A model generated the notes under the pieces. The model made no database searches. It was given only the letters and a program-made list of their open reading frames with translations, and was not told where the DNA came from. The translations under genes were made by a program, and so were the position numbers. This document shows, in pieces, positions 12,781-23,345 of a stretch of DNA of 64,000 nucleotides; within the stretch, counting starts at the first letter, position 1; every line of letters begins with the position of its first letter. Source of the stretch: Microcaecilia unicolor (Eukaryota); assembly GCF_901765095.1 (NCBI RefSeq), contig NC_044037.1, forward strand, positions 104,423,279 through 104,487,278. The letters run 5' to 3'.

Positions 12781-13256
12781 TTGACAGATAAAAATATCTC
12801 CTGTCTACCCCTAGCACTCACATCTATAAATCTTCTGAATGTAAACATAGAATGCTTGTCACATGCATCCTATATAAGCTTCCTTCCAAATATGACGGGT
12901 GGAGACATGATAGCATTAGGATGTGGTCGTAGTCCTTAGTGTGTATCTAATGCTTTAAAAGTTTGATTACATGATCCATGCCTTCCTTTCACTCATATAG
13001 ACATGTATTTTTGGTTTCTTAGCAGGATTTAAGCTTCTTGCACAATAGAATCCTTAGAGGTAAAGGAGGGTCTTGCTACCCAAGATAGAAAAAGTGCAAA
13101 AATTAAAGCAGGGTCTATTGGAGAGGAAGAGATTTGGGGATTGGAGTGGGTTGGTGTGAATTAATGTCTTCCTGCTCCCCTTTATGTCTCTTACTGGTAC
13201 ATTGGTTGTATAACCCTCTGCCCATATCTTCTTGGGGCAGTGAACCCCCCTTTCCT

Positions 13257-13397
13257 TCACTCCCGTTTATCCTGGCCCCCTGGGAGGGTTTTGGGCAGAA
13301 TCCCTAGTAGCCCACTGGCAGCACTGAAGAGGTTGATTGGTGTTGAGCCATCTGTAATGAGAGTGGAGTGTAGTCCCAGACCCTGCAGTAGCTTCAC
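13257..13397 (-). CDS. MVP: MVP terminal coding exon ([46 protein letters not shown], stop TGA at 13259..13257)
   Basis: Acceptor ttcacag|GTG. Matches human [32 protein letters not shown]. The C-terminal tail is shorter than in mammals. The 3' UTR extends below 13257; no canonical AATAAA was found by eye within about 500 nt. Confidence 0.8.
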   Translation of the reverse strand: MKLLQGLGLHSTLITDGSTPINLFSAASGLLGILPKTLPGGQDKRE

Positions 13398-13509
13398 CTG
13401 TGAAGAGAGAAACAGAAGCCATAACAGCAACAGTTAAACCAGCACAGGCAGCATATCGCCAACACAAAAATCATTCCAGGCCCTCCCCAGTACATCTGCT
13501 GTAGCTCAC

Positions 13510-13698
13510 CTGCAGCTCAGGCCCTGCCAGTGCGATGTCCCGGATGGTCTGCGGCCCAATGGCCTCTGTCATCTGCTGGAACTTTTTCACCTCAATGGCA
13601 GCCAGTGCTTGAGCCTTCTCCACTTCAAGTTTATTTTGCTGGTTGATGTACTGCAGCTCCAGCTCCCGTGCTTTCTTCAGCCGTTCTAGCTCTGCTGT
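13510..13698 (-). CDS. MVP: MVP coding exon 15 ([63 protein letters not shown])
   Basis: Minus ORF 13471..13731. Acceptor cttgcag|ACA, donor CAG|gtgagc. Matches human [62 protein letters not shown]. Confidence 0.9.
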
Positions 13699-13841
13699 CT
13701 GCAAGGGAAGTGGAATAAATATAAATGCCAATTTGTATTAAATTTAAAAGGACAGGGGGGCAGCTGGTCTATAATTTAACCACATGTTTATTCCTGATAT
13801 CACAATGTGGCTGTAACAAGTGGATCTCTTTTCCCTCTCAC

Positions 13842-13968
13842 CGACTCAATTTCCAGTGCTTCAGCCTTCATTTTGGCCTGCTGCACAGCCCCCTCACCCT
13901 CGATCGAGGCTGCCTCCGCCTTTGCCTGCGCCTCCGCCTTGGCTGCGCCTGTGCTCTCCACTACAGTA
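13842..13968 (-). CDS. MVP: MVP coding exon 14 ([42 protein letters not shown])
   Basis: Minus ORF 13800..13982. Acceptor cttacag|T, donor TCG|gtgaga. Matches human [43 protein letters not shown]. Confidence 0.88.
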
Positions 13969-14581
13969 CTGTAAGCAGGCAAGGAAATCAGATTAGAATT
14001 AAGTCAACTTACAAGTCAAAAAGTTACTTATTTTCTTTGCAAACAGAGGACCAGAAGATCAATTTTCTGCACTGTTAAAAACAGCACTGGAACAGCGCAG
14101 GGAACTAACTCCACAATGATCAACACTGCTATGCCAATGTAGGTGCATTATTAGCGTTGATCGGGAGAAACTTATTAAACATTCCAAGAACCCCTGGACC
14201 CCAAGAGGCAAGGCCCTGGGGGCCTAGTACCTCCCCAGCCCCCCCCCCCCCCCCGGACACTGACACCTGGTGGTCTAGTACGCCCCGCCCCGGTGGTCTA
14301 ATGGCCCTGAACCCTCCCCCCCACCTCCGTAACTTTAGGTTCCAGAGGAGGGAGTAAATTTTGCAGACCCTCTGATCATGCCACTCATAGTGCATCAAGA
14401 GAAGGTTCTGTACTGCAACTAATGAGCTCAGACAAATACAGTAATTATCTCACAATTTCAGTAGCGTCGGATAACAGGTGTAATAAAAACACATGCTGAG
14501 CTTAGTATTCTATTATCACTGTGTAGTAACAATTCTTAAGTTAGTGATGTGCAGTGAACTAAGAAATTTTGATCCAGATAC

Positions 14582-14698
14582 CTCAGTGCCTCCAGCTCTA
14601 GCAGCTCCTTCCTGGCTCTCTCTGCCTCAGCTTGGTCTGTGATCTTTTGCCGCTCCAGCCGGCCCCGTGCCTCCTGCTCAAGGCGCTGTGCTTCATGC
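14582..14698 (-). CDS. MVP: MVP coding exon 13 ([40 protein letters not shown])
   Basis: Minus-strand translation. Acceptor ttttcag|G, donor AG|gtatct. Matches human [40 protein letters not shown]. Confidence 0.9.
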
Positions 14699-15194
14699 CT
14701 GAAAATGAGGAGGGAGAAACTGTCATACTTCCATTAAAAGCAATTCAGCATCTGTCAAACAGCAATCACATGCACAAAATCACAACTATCTACCTGCTAC
14801 TCCCCTAAAAGAAAAGGTATCTAAAACTCAGTAGCACTCCTCTTTAAAGGATATAGTTGACAAATTCCCATGTAGAAGGGCTACGCCCTCCCCTTTAAAA
14901 ATATGACTCAGAGAAGCTCCAGAGGTGGAACAGCAGCATTTCAGTGTGTAGAATATGAAAGGGCAATTTTCAAACCCTATTCCAAGAATGAATAGCTGTT
15001 TACCCTATTTTTAGCAGGGAAAATCCCTGCTAAAAATGCACCCCCCCATCAACTGGGTAAACAAGTTCCCAGGCTTAAAAGAGGAGTGGAGTCAGGGTAG
15101 AAAGGGGCCTAAAGGAAAGTCACTGTGGATATCTGCACCTACTAATATGCAGGGGCAAAATGTATATGGGTATACTGTCAGGCATATTTTCAAA

Positions 15195-15282
15195 GCACTT
15201 AGCCTTCCAAAGTTCCATAGGTTTCTATGGAACTTTGGAAGGCTAAGTGCTTTGAAAATATGCCTTTATGTCTGCTGGCCAA
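15195..15282 (+). repeat. About 85-bp perfect palindrome (small MITE); second copy at 34992-35075 inserted in a CR1 3' tail
   Basis: catattttcaaagcacttagccttccaaagttccataggtttctatggaactttggaaggctaagtgctttgaaaatatgcc. The near-identical sequence at 34992-35075 interrupts the CR1 tail AAGAACATAAGAGTAGCCAT..GGGTCAGACCAAGGTCCATCTAGCCCAGTATCC. Confidence 0.8.
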
Positions 15283-15669
15283 ATTTTCAAAGTAAACATC
15301 TATTAGAAAGCAGTGTATAATTAACCCTAACCCCATTACAGTTGCTGACTGAAACAGCAAATGCATAACTCCACCTATAACAAAATCAATATGTAGCACA
15401 AAAAAAAAAAAAAGGTTTTCAAACTGAAGTGTCACCTTCCTGTGACACACTAACACAGGCTAACAATCACTAAGCTAAAACCAAACACAACCCTCCCTTT
15501 GAAGATGTGGCTCCCCAAAATTCCACCCAGCTATGACCTCCCCTTTTAAATAATATGTGACTGACAAAAATTCAAACGATGAGAAAGCTGCAACAGACTT
15601 CCCCTTAGTGCGACTGACCACAAAAAACTCCACATGGTGAAGACCATTTTGCACACCCCTCCTTCTCAC

Positions 15670-15881
15670 CGGGCAGTAGCCTCCTGAGAGTTGGTGGTGA
15701 TCTCGATGGCCAGCTGTACACTCTTTTGCAGTGCATCCCGGGTGCGCTGGTCCACAGGCTCCACTGACTGGATGTCCACACTCGTCACCACCAGGTTGTT
15801 CTGTGGGAAACGTAAGGAACTGCGGATCTTGGCAGCCTCGTCAAAACCGAAGACAGCAGAGCAGATGATGCGGCTTGAGTT
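15670..15881 (-). CDS. MVP: MVP coding exon 12 ([70 protein letters not shown] + 2 nt)
   Basis: Minus ORF 15666..15947. Acceptor ctgcag|AAC, donor CG|gtgaga. Matches human [60 protein letters not shown]. Confidence 0.9.
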
Positions 15882-15939
15882 CTGCAGAGAGAGAGAACGA
15901 ATGAATTTACATGCCCTAGGCCAGGGGCGGACTGGCCAT

Positions 15940-16330
15940 TCGGGCAACCACGCAGTGCCAGAGGGCCCAGAGGCTCTGCCCAGAATGCCGCTGGTGATCT
16001 AGTGGCCTCAGCGGAGGGAACATGTTCTTTCCTGGCTGGCCTGCCGCTATTCCCCCCCCCCCCCCCCCCAGCACCACCGTATTTTAAAAATGGCGGCCGA
16101 GACTAGTCTCGCAAGATTACCATGGGAAGTCTCTGCTGCCATTTTGAAAACACGGCAGTGCCAGCAAACGGGGGAATTGCAGAAGCACAGCGGGCAAGAA
16201 AGAACATGCCCCCCCCCCCCCCCCCCCCCACAGAGGCTACCAGACTACTAGGACCCCTCAAGTAGGACTGGGGCAGTGGGGGTGGCGACAGGGGGGTATC
16301 AGGCAGCAGCTGGGCTGGGGACACAGACCA
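15940..16330 (+). repeat. Palindromic element flanked internally by two C20 homopolymers (16058-16078, 16211-16230)
   Basis: ggaacatgttctttcctggctggcctgccgctattCCCC(20) ... gcgggcaagaaagaacatgCCCC(20). The inner segment aaaatggcggc..gctgccatttt is partially self-complementary. Confidence 0.6.
16058..16078. repeat. C20 homopolymer (one of more than 15 poly-G/C tracts of 14-24 nt in the window)
   Basis: Other poly-G/C tracts lie near 5969, 12288, 14241, 16211, 18000, 18579, 22987, 24105, 25837, 26427, 27001, 32291, 39572, 40417, 40489, 44896 and 57707. Most sit at the ends or centres of the palindromic elements. Confidence 0.9.
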
Positions 16331-16424
16331 CCCTCAGTCCACCCCTGCCCTAGGCACTTTAATTTGGAACGCAGAGGGATGGGTAAAGGTCTCATGTTCC
16401 ATAGCTCCTCCTGGCTCCTGTTAC

Positions 16425-16569
16425 CTTGTGGAAGTCATCAAACTGCACCGAGGCTACAGCCCCACGGATGCGAGAAGCAATAGCCTTGCAGGCATCTCCC
16501 ACGAAGTCTGGCACACTGAAGAGCTTAGCAGCTTCTAGAAGGTCATTTTTATCCTTAATGTCAAAGTGC
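16425..16569 (-). CDS. MVP: MVP coding exon 11 ([48 protein letters not shown])
   Basis: Minus-strand translation. Acceptor ttttcag|G, donor AAG|gtaaca. Matches human [48 protein letters not shown]. Confidence 0.9.
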
Positions 16570-16974
16570 CTGAAAATAAGAGATAGAGACGGAGAAAATG
16601 GGGAGAGAAAAAATAATAATACAAAACACCAGGCAGATCAATATTCAGCACAGTTCAAATAGACAGGAGGCATTTACTAACCTGTGTTAGGCAAAGAACT
16701 TGCATTAATGTGCATTAGTTAGTAAATTGGCCACAAGGAGAATAATGGAGCTTGCGCTATATATATCATATCTAATAAAACGCACCTCCAACGTTCTGAA
16801 GCTGACTGCGTGGCTGTTTGGCTGAGGCATTCGTGCGCTGCTCTGCTGTAAGGCTACTGACTGAACGTCACATAGTTCCGGGAACGTCAGCCACAGCACT
16901 GACCAACCGCATGAGGCCCCGCCCCTGCCACAACGCCATGCCCCCCCAGGTTGCCGCCACCAGGCATGCAGGCT

Positions 16975-17260
16975 CGGCCCTTCTCTCTCTGTTAGCTCTG
17001 GTCCCGCCCTCATTTCCTCTTTCCGCAATGAGGGCGGGACCAGAGCTAACACAGAGAGAAGGACCGAGGCTGCACGTCTTTAAACACTGCTTTCCTGGGA
17101 AGATGATTTTTAAAACTTGGAGCGAGTGGGCTCGCCTCCAGCCTTTCCCTTCCCTCACTCAGTGTCCCGTCTTCTTGTGATGATGTATTTCCTGTTTCCA
17201 CAAGGACGGGACACTGTGTGAGACAAGGGAAAGGCTGGAGGCGAGCCTGCTGTGTTGTGT
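16975..17260 (+). repeat. Two adjacent family-A hairpin palindromes (16975-17075 and 17100-17260) in the MVP intron between exons 11 and 10
   Basis: gccttctctctctgttagctctggtcccgccctcat..atgagggcgggaccagagctaacacagagagaagg, and gagtgggctcgcctccagcctttcccttccctcactcagtgtcccgtc..gacgggacactgtgtgagacaagggaaaggctggaggcgagcc. Confidence 0.85.
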
Positions 17261-17472
17261 GCTTCACTGCCATCACTGCGAGGAAATACTTGGTAGGCAC
17301 TACAGATGGAAGTACACCACAGAGCGTGTATGTGTCACAGAACAAGTGGGGAACAAGTGGGTATCAGAGAGTGTGTGAACAGATGCCCCCCTCTGCACTA
17401 AAGATGGATGTTTAACACAGAGCACACACGTGTCACAGGACAGGTGGATATCAGAGGAACAGATGCCCTCAC

Positions 17473-17670
17473 CAGTTGTAGGAGAGCTGGATCTGTAGTC
17501 GGGCATGGTCTGCAGTCTCAATATTGATAATATCTGTACAGAAGTCTGGTCCCAGCAGAAGGCAGATGGATTTGATGACATTGGAGCGTTTTGGCTTCTC
17601 CCCAGAGAGACTGATCACCGTAAACTGCTCGTCTGGTCCAAGAACCACCAGCTCAGGGCCAAAGACCACC
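17473..17670 (-). CDS. MVP: MVP coding exon 10 ([67 protein letters not shown])
   Basis: Minus ORF 17469..17669. Acceptor cctcag|G, donor TG|gtgagg. Matches human [66 protein letters not shown]. Confidence 0.9.
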
Positions 17671-18329
17671 CTGAGGAGAGAAGGAGAAAATGGTAAGACA
17701 GAAAGGCTGGGAAAAGTGAAAGGAAGGAAAAGAGAAAAGTGCAGAGCATGTAACTCAATAGGAGAGCACTTGGGTTTGATTCCCCCTGGGAAGGGGCTCT
17801 TTCACTATACATTGGTAACACTTACTTGCCAGACGTATGGCGCACATATCCCAGGAAAGGGAGAATGTTATAGACTAGAGGGAAAACCCCTTGGTAGTTT
17901 CTTATTAAATTTTATGATACTGAAGCGCAATAAAGGTTGAGTCCAAGCAGGGCTGCCAAGAGACTGAGCCAGGCCTAGGGCAGGGCCACCGCATCCCCCC
18001 CCCCCCCCCCCCCAGGATCATCGAAGCTGCTGTATCCCCAGGATCGCCCCACCTCCGCCCCCCCCGGATCGCTGTCACTGCTGCCCCCCCCCCAAACTCC
18101 AAATACCTTGGCTGGCAGAGATCCCGAGGCCCTGCAAGCAGAAGAAATCTTCCTCCAGCTCTGCAGTGCTCTTCACTCCGCTGCCTCAATGTCTGCCTTG
18201 CCCCTGTGGCTGCTTTTCCCCTCAGGCCGTGCATGATCAGTTTTGAATCCGACCACGCCTGACGTGAGAGAAAAAGCAGCCGCTTGGTAGGCAATGCAGC
18301 AGAGAGTGAAGAGCAGCGCTTGAGGAAGA

Positions 18330-18610
18330 CCTCTTCTGCTGGCAGAGCCTGGGGGGGTGGGGACCCCTGCCAGCAAAACCAGATGCCCTGGCCTGAAGCC
18401 CTGCTGCGTCTGCTCCTTCCCAGCCTCCAAGGGGGGCCCGGCACTGGAGTTCTCTCTCTCCTGCTCCTGTCGGGACGTGATCACCAGGGTCCTGTCAGGA
18501 GCAGGAGAGAGAGAGAGAGAGAGATCCTGGCGCCGGGCCCCCCTTGGAGGCTGGGCCCGGGGAATTTTGCCCCCCCCCCCCCCCCCCTTGGCGGCCCAGA
18601 GTCCAAGTGA
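18330..18610 (+). repeat. Family-B-related palindromic element in MVP intron 9 (poly-C18 at terminus; (GA)n in the loop)
   Basis: ctccaaggggggcccggcactggagttctctctctcctgctcctgtcgggacgtgatcaccagggtcctgtcaggagcaggagagagag..cgccgggccccccttggaggctgggcccggggaattttgcccccccccc. It shares the GGGGCAAAATTCCCCGGGCCC..CCTCCAAGGGGGGCCCGG motif with 12300-12360. Confidence 0.8.
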
Positions 18611-19061
18611 GCTGAAAGCTCACATAGATAAGGAGAATCCACCTGGCCCAAATAAATGGACGTTTAAAAAGGACAAATGTGGAGTCGATTTTGGGATACG
18701 TTGCAGCCAGCTGCTAGGAGTAGTCTCCTCAATAGTTAAATGCCTCTGGACTGCCTTGTTGTACAATGTTATGTCTTTTAGCCTTTATTCTGGGGGAGGG
18801 GAAGAACGGGTTGGGTAGTAGAAATAATATGTCGGATGCTAGACATCTTGTAGATAGTTGCTGTATAGCATTGGAGAGATGTTGCAATTTTTGCATGTAT
18901 GCCTCATTTGTATATCCATCAATAAAAAGATTTAAACATAAAAAGGACAAAATGGGTTAAGAAATAGCAGGAGGGAAAGAGAAAGGTAGCAAGCTAGGGG
19001 AAAGGATATATCCTACAGAGAAGGAGAGGAACAAAAAAGGTACAGAGAATAAGGCATTTAC

Positions 19062-19300
19062 CTGGCTTTCTTCTCCCGGTAATCATAGACCTGCACAGTA
19101 GCGTTGTGGGGCACTCTAAAGCAGATGGCACGAGTCTTATCACGGATTTTCTTTTCTCGCTGTGAATGGGATCGATCTGAGCGATCAGCCAGGGGATCTT
19201 TATCCGAGCTCAACAGGGCTTCCACATTTGGGGGCAGCTCCTTCTCCCATAGCTCCTCGTCATGTGTCAGCATGTAGCTGTGGCCTATGACAGCCCTCAC
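19062..19300 (-). CDS. MVP: MVP coding exon 9 ([79 protein letters not shown] + 2 nt)
   Basis: Minus ORF 19058..19411. Acceptor ttcaag|GTG, donor AG|gtaaat. Matches human [64 protein letters not shown]. Confidence 0.9.
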
Positions 19301-19689
19301 CTTGAAGCAGCAACATATTAAAGTCAAGCTACACTGGGTCTTTCTGGGATTTGTATTTAAAATCCTGTATACCTGTAACCTCCAGTTACAGTCTCCTCTT
19401 GTCCGATCCACTGAAACCCTCAGTTGGAATAATTAATGGTCCGAAAAGACTGGAAGCTTCCTTTGAGGATTTCAGTCGCTCGCACACAGGAAAACTCAGA
19501 CCATCTTACTGGACCCTCGATTTAGGAGGACCCCACGGACAATGTCCTGCATGCAAGTACTGTGGGCGGTTTCTGGAAGCTCATCTCTTTTGAGAAGCAT
19601 TAAATGTGGATAGTTAACCTTCTCCTTTCTAAAGTATTATAGTGTTAGCAGTGGAGAAGGAACTGTGTGCCAGGACCTGAAGACATTTT

Positions 19690-19875
19690 ATTTTTGTTAC
19701 ATTTGTACCCTGCACTTTCTCACTCATGGCAGGCTCAATGCGGCTTACATGGGGCAATGGAGGGTTAAGTGACTTGCCCAGAGTCACAAGGAGCTGCCTG
19801 TGCCTGAAGTGGGAATTGAACTCAGTTCCTCAGGACCAAAGTCCACCACTCTAACCATTAGGCCACTCCTCCACT
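19690..19875 (-). mobile_element. tRNA-derived SINE
   Basis: This is the reverse complement of the SINE at 21870-22085. It has a tRNA-like head with A box (GGCCTAATGGTTAGAG) and B box (GTTCAATTCCC), then the ..CTTGGGCAAGTCACTTAACCCTCCATTGCC.. body. Confidence 0.8.
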
Positions 19876-19999
19876 CATGAGATCTCAGCAGTACTGTTTG
19901 CTTTTATCTTTCCTTATGTTGATGGACTTCCTTTCAGACAACAGTCCTGACTTTTATATGATACTAGTAAATAAGGCCCGTTTCTGACACAAATGAAAC

Positions 20000-20520
20000 G
20001 GCCGCTAGCAAGGTTTTCCTCGGCTCCCCTGCAGCCACCCATGTCCAGCGACCCTCCTCTCTCCCTGCAGCCACCCATGTCTAGCTACCCTCCTCTCCCC
20101 CTGTGCCCACTGCAGCCACTCATGTCCAGCGAACCTCCTCTCCCCTGCCCCCCCTCCTGCCACCCATGTTCAGTGACCCTCCTCTCTCACCTGCCCCCCC
20201 TCCAGCCACCCATGTCCAGTGGCCCCTCCTCCAGCCACCCATGTTCAGAAACCCTCCTCTCTCCCCTCCCTCCCTGCAGCCACCCCTGTCCAGCGACCCT
20301 CCTCTGTACCCTGCCCCCCCTCCAGCCACCCATGTCCAGCGACCCTCCTCTGGACATGGATCAGCTATGAGGCATGTTTTTTTCCCCCCGGGTTCTGAAG
20401 TTGACATCATAATGGCTACCCTGATGTCAGCCTGATCTACGGAGCCTAGCAGACCAACTCGGAATGAGCCACGGTCCCAGGCAAGTCAGAACATTGGAGG
20501 TGAGAATTATTATATAGGAT
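20000..20520 (+). repeat. Satellite-like tandem array (about 45-bp unit CCACCCATGTCCAGCGACCCTCCTCTCTCCCTGCAG, about 8 copies) plus conserved 3' flank; in MVP intron 8
   Basis: Directly visible periodicity. The 3' flank GATCTACGGA..CCACGGTCCCAGGCA..GGAGGTGAGAATTATTATATAGGAT recurs at 53060-53170. Confidence 0.85.
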
Positions 20521-21869
20521 GTTGTACTCCACATTCTGAACCACAGATTAGTGGTAGATGATTCTATAACCTTTAGTGCCTAAATATAAGTGCCACTTGC
20601 GTGCTAAGATTATGGAATACTAGCACAAATTTAGGCATGTGCTCAGCGGTATTCAATAATGTGACTGCGCAAGTTGCATAAATGCCAAGGGGATGTGCAT
20701 AGGGGGAGGCGCATTGGCGGGATACGTGCATGTCCAAAATACATCACTTCTGCGCTAAAGTGCTACATTTAGGTGCTCACATTTACATCTGCTACTGACA
20801 TGGCATAAGCGGGTGCACCTAAATATACCAATGTACGCTAAGTGGGCATTTCTATAAAGTGCCCCAAATATTAGGTGTGACGTGTGAATTCTGTAACGGG
20901 AACTGGGTGCCCAGATTCCATTAAAGAATACTAGCTGAAGTCGGCATTTACGTACCTACATAATATCTGCATGCAGTTATGCAATGTCTATGGTAGGCGT
21001 ACATGTGTGTGCCTATAAGCAGGAGTTTAGCACGTACAGTAATTGGGGGAATGCCCATGCTTCACCCTCCTTGCATTTGTGCACTATACAAGTTACGCAC
21101 TAAGGGGGTCTTTTATTAAGACCCGCCAGCCAAAGAAATTCAGTGCCTGAGTTGCGCCTCTCCTCTTTGTACTGCTGCTGTAATGCGATAGGTGACAGTG
21201 TGCCTCCAGCCACTGACTCCGGGATTCCCTGAGCATGCTCAGGTCTTAAACAAACATGAGGAAACATCCCAGCGTCAGCAGCTGGAGGCAAACCACTGAC
21301 TTCCTTATTACAGCAGTGGCAACACAAGGAGGAGGGGAGTAGCTCAGGTACTGAATTTCTTAGGCTGGGGGGGCTTCAGTATCCCCACAAGTTGTTTAAT
21401 GGGATGCTGCATGTTTGGAGGGGGCCTGAGCCCAAAGCGAGGGGTCTCCCCCCATGGCTATGGATGGTGTCCAAATTTGTGTGCACGGGCCCAAGATGTG
21501 CATGCAAACTGGGTAACAAGCCCTTAACTAACAATGATTGGGTTCTAACAACCAATTATTGATATTGATGGGCACTCATTAAAATTTGCACATGCATCTG
21601 GCTGCGTGCTATTCTAGAAGACATGGCACCTAGCTCTACCAATATGCAGCTCAAAAGGGAAAAGTGACCGTGTGTGTTGGGGCATTCCGAAAAGTTACAC
21701 CCATACTTAAAGAATATGGTCTCAGCACACCTAATTTGGACACTGGCATTTCCATCAGGTTTCATCAGGCGTAAGTCTGGCACGCCCTTTATAGACTTGC
21801 GCTTAGCGTCCATTTTTTTATGATGCCGAATTTTGAGCGCCATTTACTGAATCCAGCCCCGACTGCACA

Positions 21870-22085
21870 AATGGAGTGGAGGAGTGGCCTAGTGGTTAGA
21901 GCACCGGTCTTGCAATCCAGAGGTGGTTGGTTCAAATCCCACTGCTGCTCCTTGTGATCTTGGGCAAGTCACTTAACCCTCCATTGCCTCAGGTACAAAC
22001 TTAGATTGTGAGCCCTCCTGGGACAGAGAAATATCCAGTGTACCTGAATGTAACTCACCTTGAGCTACTACTGAAAAAGGTGTGA
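21870..22085 (+). mobile_element. tRNA-derived SINE
   Basis: Head GGAGTGGCCTAGTGGTTAGAGCACCGGTCTTGCAATCCAGAGGTGGTTGGTTCAAATCCCACTGC shows pol III A and B boxes. Body is TTGGGCAAGTCACTTAACCCTCCATTGCCTCAG..., ending in an A-rich tail. Confidence 0.8.
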
Positions 22086-23089
22086 GCAAAATCCAAATAA
22101 ATAAAATTTAGGCACTCACATTACAGAATGAGGTGGTTCAATTCATGATCTGTATAGCACTGGTACAAGTCTGTCTAACCATCTCAGCACTGAATAGTGC
22201 TGGGGCAGCCTTAGGGGTGTAGCAACTATTATACATATAGCAGTAATCAGCTGCCATTGGTGCTGACAACATGTGTCATTAACTCAGCGCTGCCACCTAT
22301 CCATATTTTCTAAGTGCCATGGATGGCATTTAAAAAGCTGCAAGCACTGCCATTGCTTAAAAGCGATCATTTAATGTTTGTATAGTACCTAGGAGTTGAT
22401 AAACACAAATGTTAATTGAAAGGCAGTTTACTATTATTTAAGTTTTCACAGCTCAAAACTATTCACAGAGGAGAGAGCTGCCCTGTACAAGGAGAGATAA
22501 ACACTTGTGGACCACTTCACTAGGTGAAAGACCAATGATTTAAGAACCCTAGAGCTAGAGAATGACACAGGGACATGGATCTGTGATAAACCGCAGTAAT
22601 CCACAGTAAATCCGCGCTAAAAGAAAAAAAATCTAGCCGTTTACCGCTGATGTGGGAGCAAAACTTTTACCGCCCCACGGGAGCAGTAAAAAAAACTTTG
22701 CTCTCGCGGTTTAAAAAAACAAAGTTGCAGTTACCATTTCCGGTCCAGCATCTCCGTGACTGCCTTCCTCCCTCTCTCCCGCAGTAGCTCTACCTTATGC
22801 AGCCAGACAGTGGTGCGCTGGAGCTGGCTCGTATGAGCAGTTTGTTAATTTTTTAAAAATTTTGGGAGCCGGTTGTTAAACTAACAACCGGCTTCCAAAA
22901 TTTGGGCTCAGGTCCCTTCTCAGCATCTTTGTCCTCCTCCTCCCCTGTGGCTTGTTCCAGTGGCGTAACTACAGGGTGCCTCTGTCTCAGCACCCCCCCC
23001 CCCCCCCAACAATAGTGCCCAGACAGGTGGTTTTTTGCTTTCTCAGGCTCCCTATGCTCCTTGTCCTCACAGTCAGACAGCTGAGCTCT

Positions 23090-23345
23090 CCCTCCCTTCC
23101 TTCGGTTCCGGCCGGCTATCTCTCCTCCCTGTTTCCAGCAGTGAGCCGCGGCGCGGGCAGCGTTGAAGACAGCTGCTTCCGGCTGCCCTGTTCCCATCGC
23201 TGCTTCATCCTGCCTTTTCAACTTCCTGTGAGTGGGACGAAGCAGCGAGACAGACCTGGACAGCCAGAAGCAGCTAACTTCAGTGCTGCCCGCGCTGCGG
23301 CTTACTGCTGGAAACAGGGAGGAGAGATAGCCGGCCAGACCCGAA
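23090..23345 (+). repeat. Palindromic element (arms GGCCGGCTATCTCTCCTCCCTGTTTCCAGCAGTGAGCCGCGGCGCGGGCAGCGTTGAAG)
   Basis: 23105-23165 is the reverse complement of 23275-23340. This explains the two overlapping opposite-strand ORFs of about 200 aa (22853..23458 and 22952..23545). Confidence 0.75.

Noticed and set aside
1-13000. Search for conserved MVP neighbours (CDIPT 3' exons downstream; PAGR1/PRRT2 upstream in 45000-64000)
   Set aside because: No ORF or short exon resembling CDIPT (..ITAARNMAALDAADRAKKK) or PAGR1 was recognised by eye. Synteny may differ in this species, or the exons may be too short to spot without alignment. Not reported as features.
12780-13256. Polyadenylation signal for MVP in the 3' UTR
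   Set aside because: No canonical AATAAA or ATTAAA (minus strand) could be found by eye within about 500 nt downstream of the stop. I therefore did not annotate a terminator or polyA site; transcript data are needed.
20000-20370. Regular 45-bp tandem repeats considered as a CRISPR-like array (also 40850-41400)
   Set aside because: Units are contiguous and mutually similar, with no unique spacers. The arrays sit inside introns of a vertebrate gene and recur as parts of composite transposon-like repeats. They are satellite arrays, not CRISPR.
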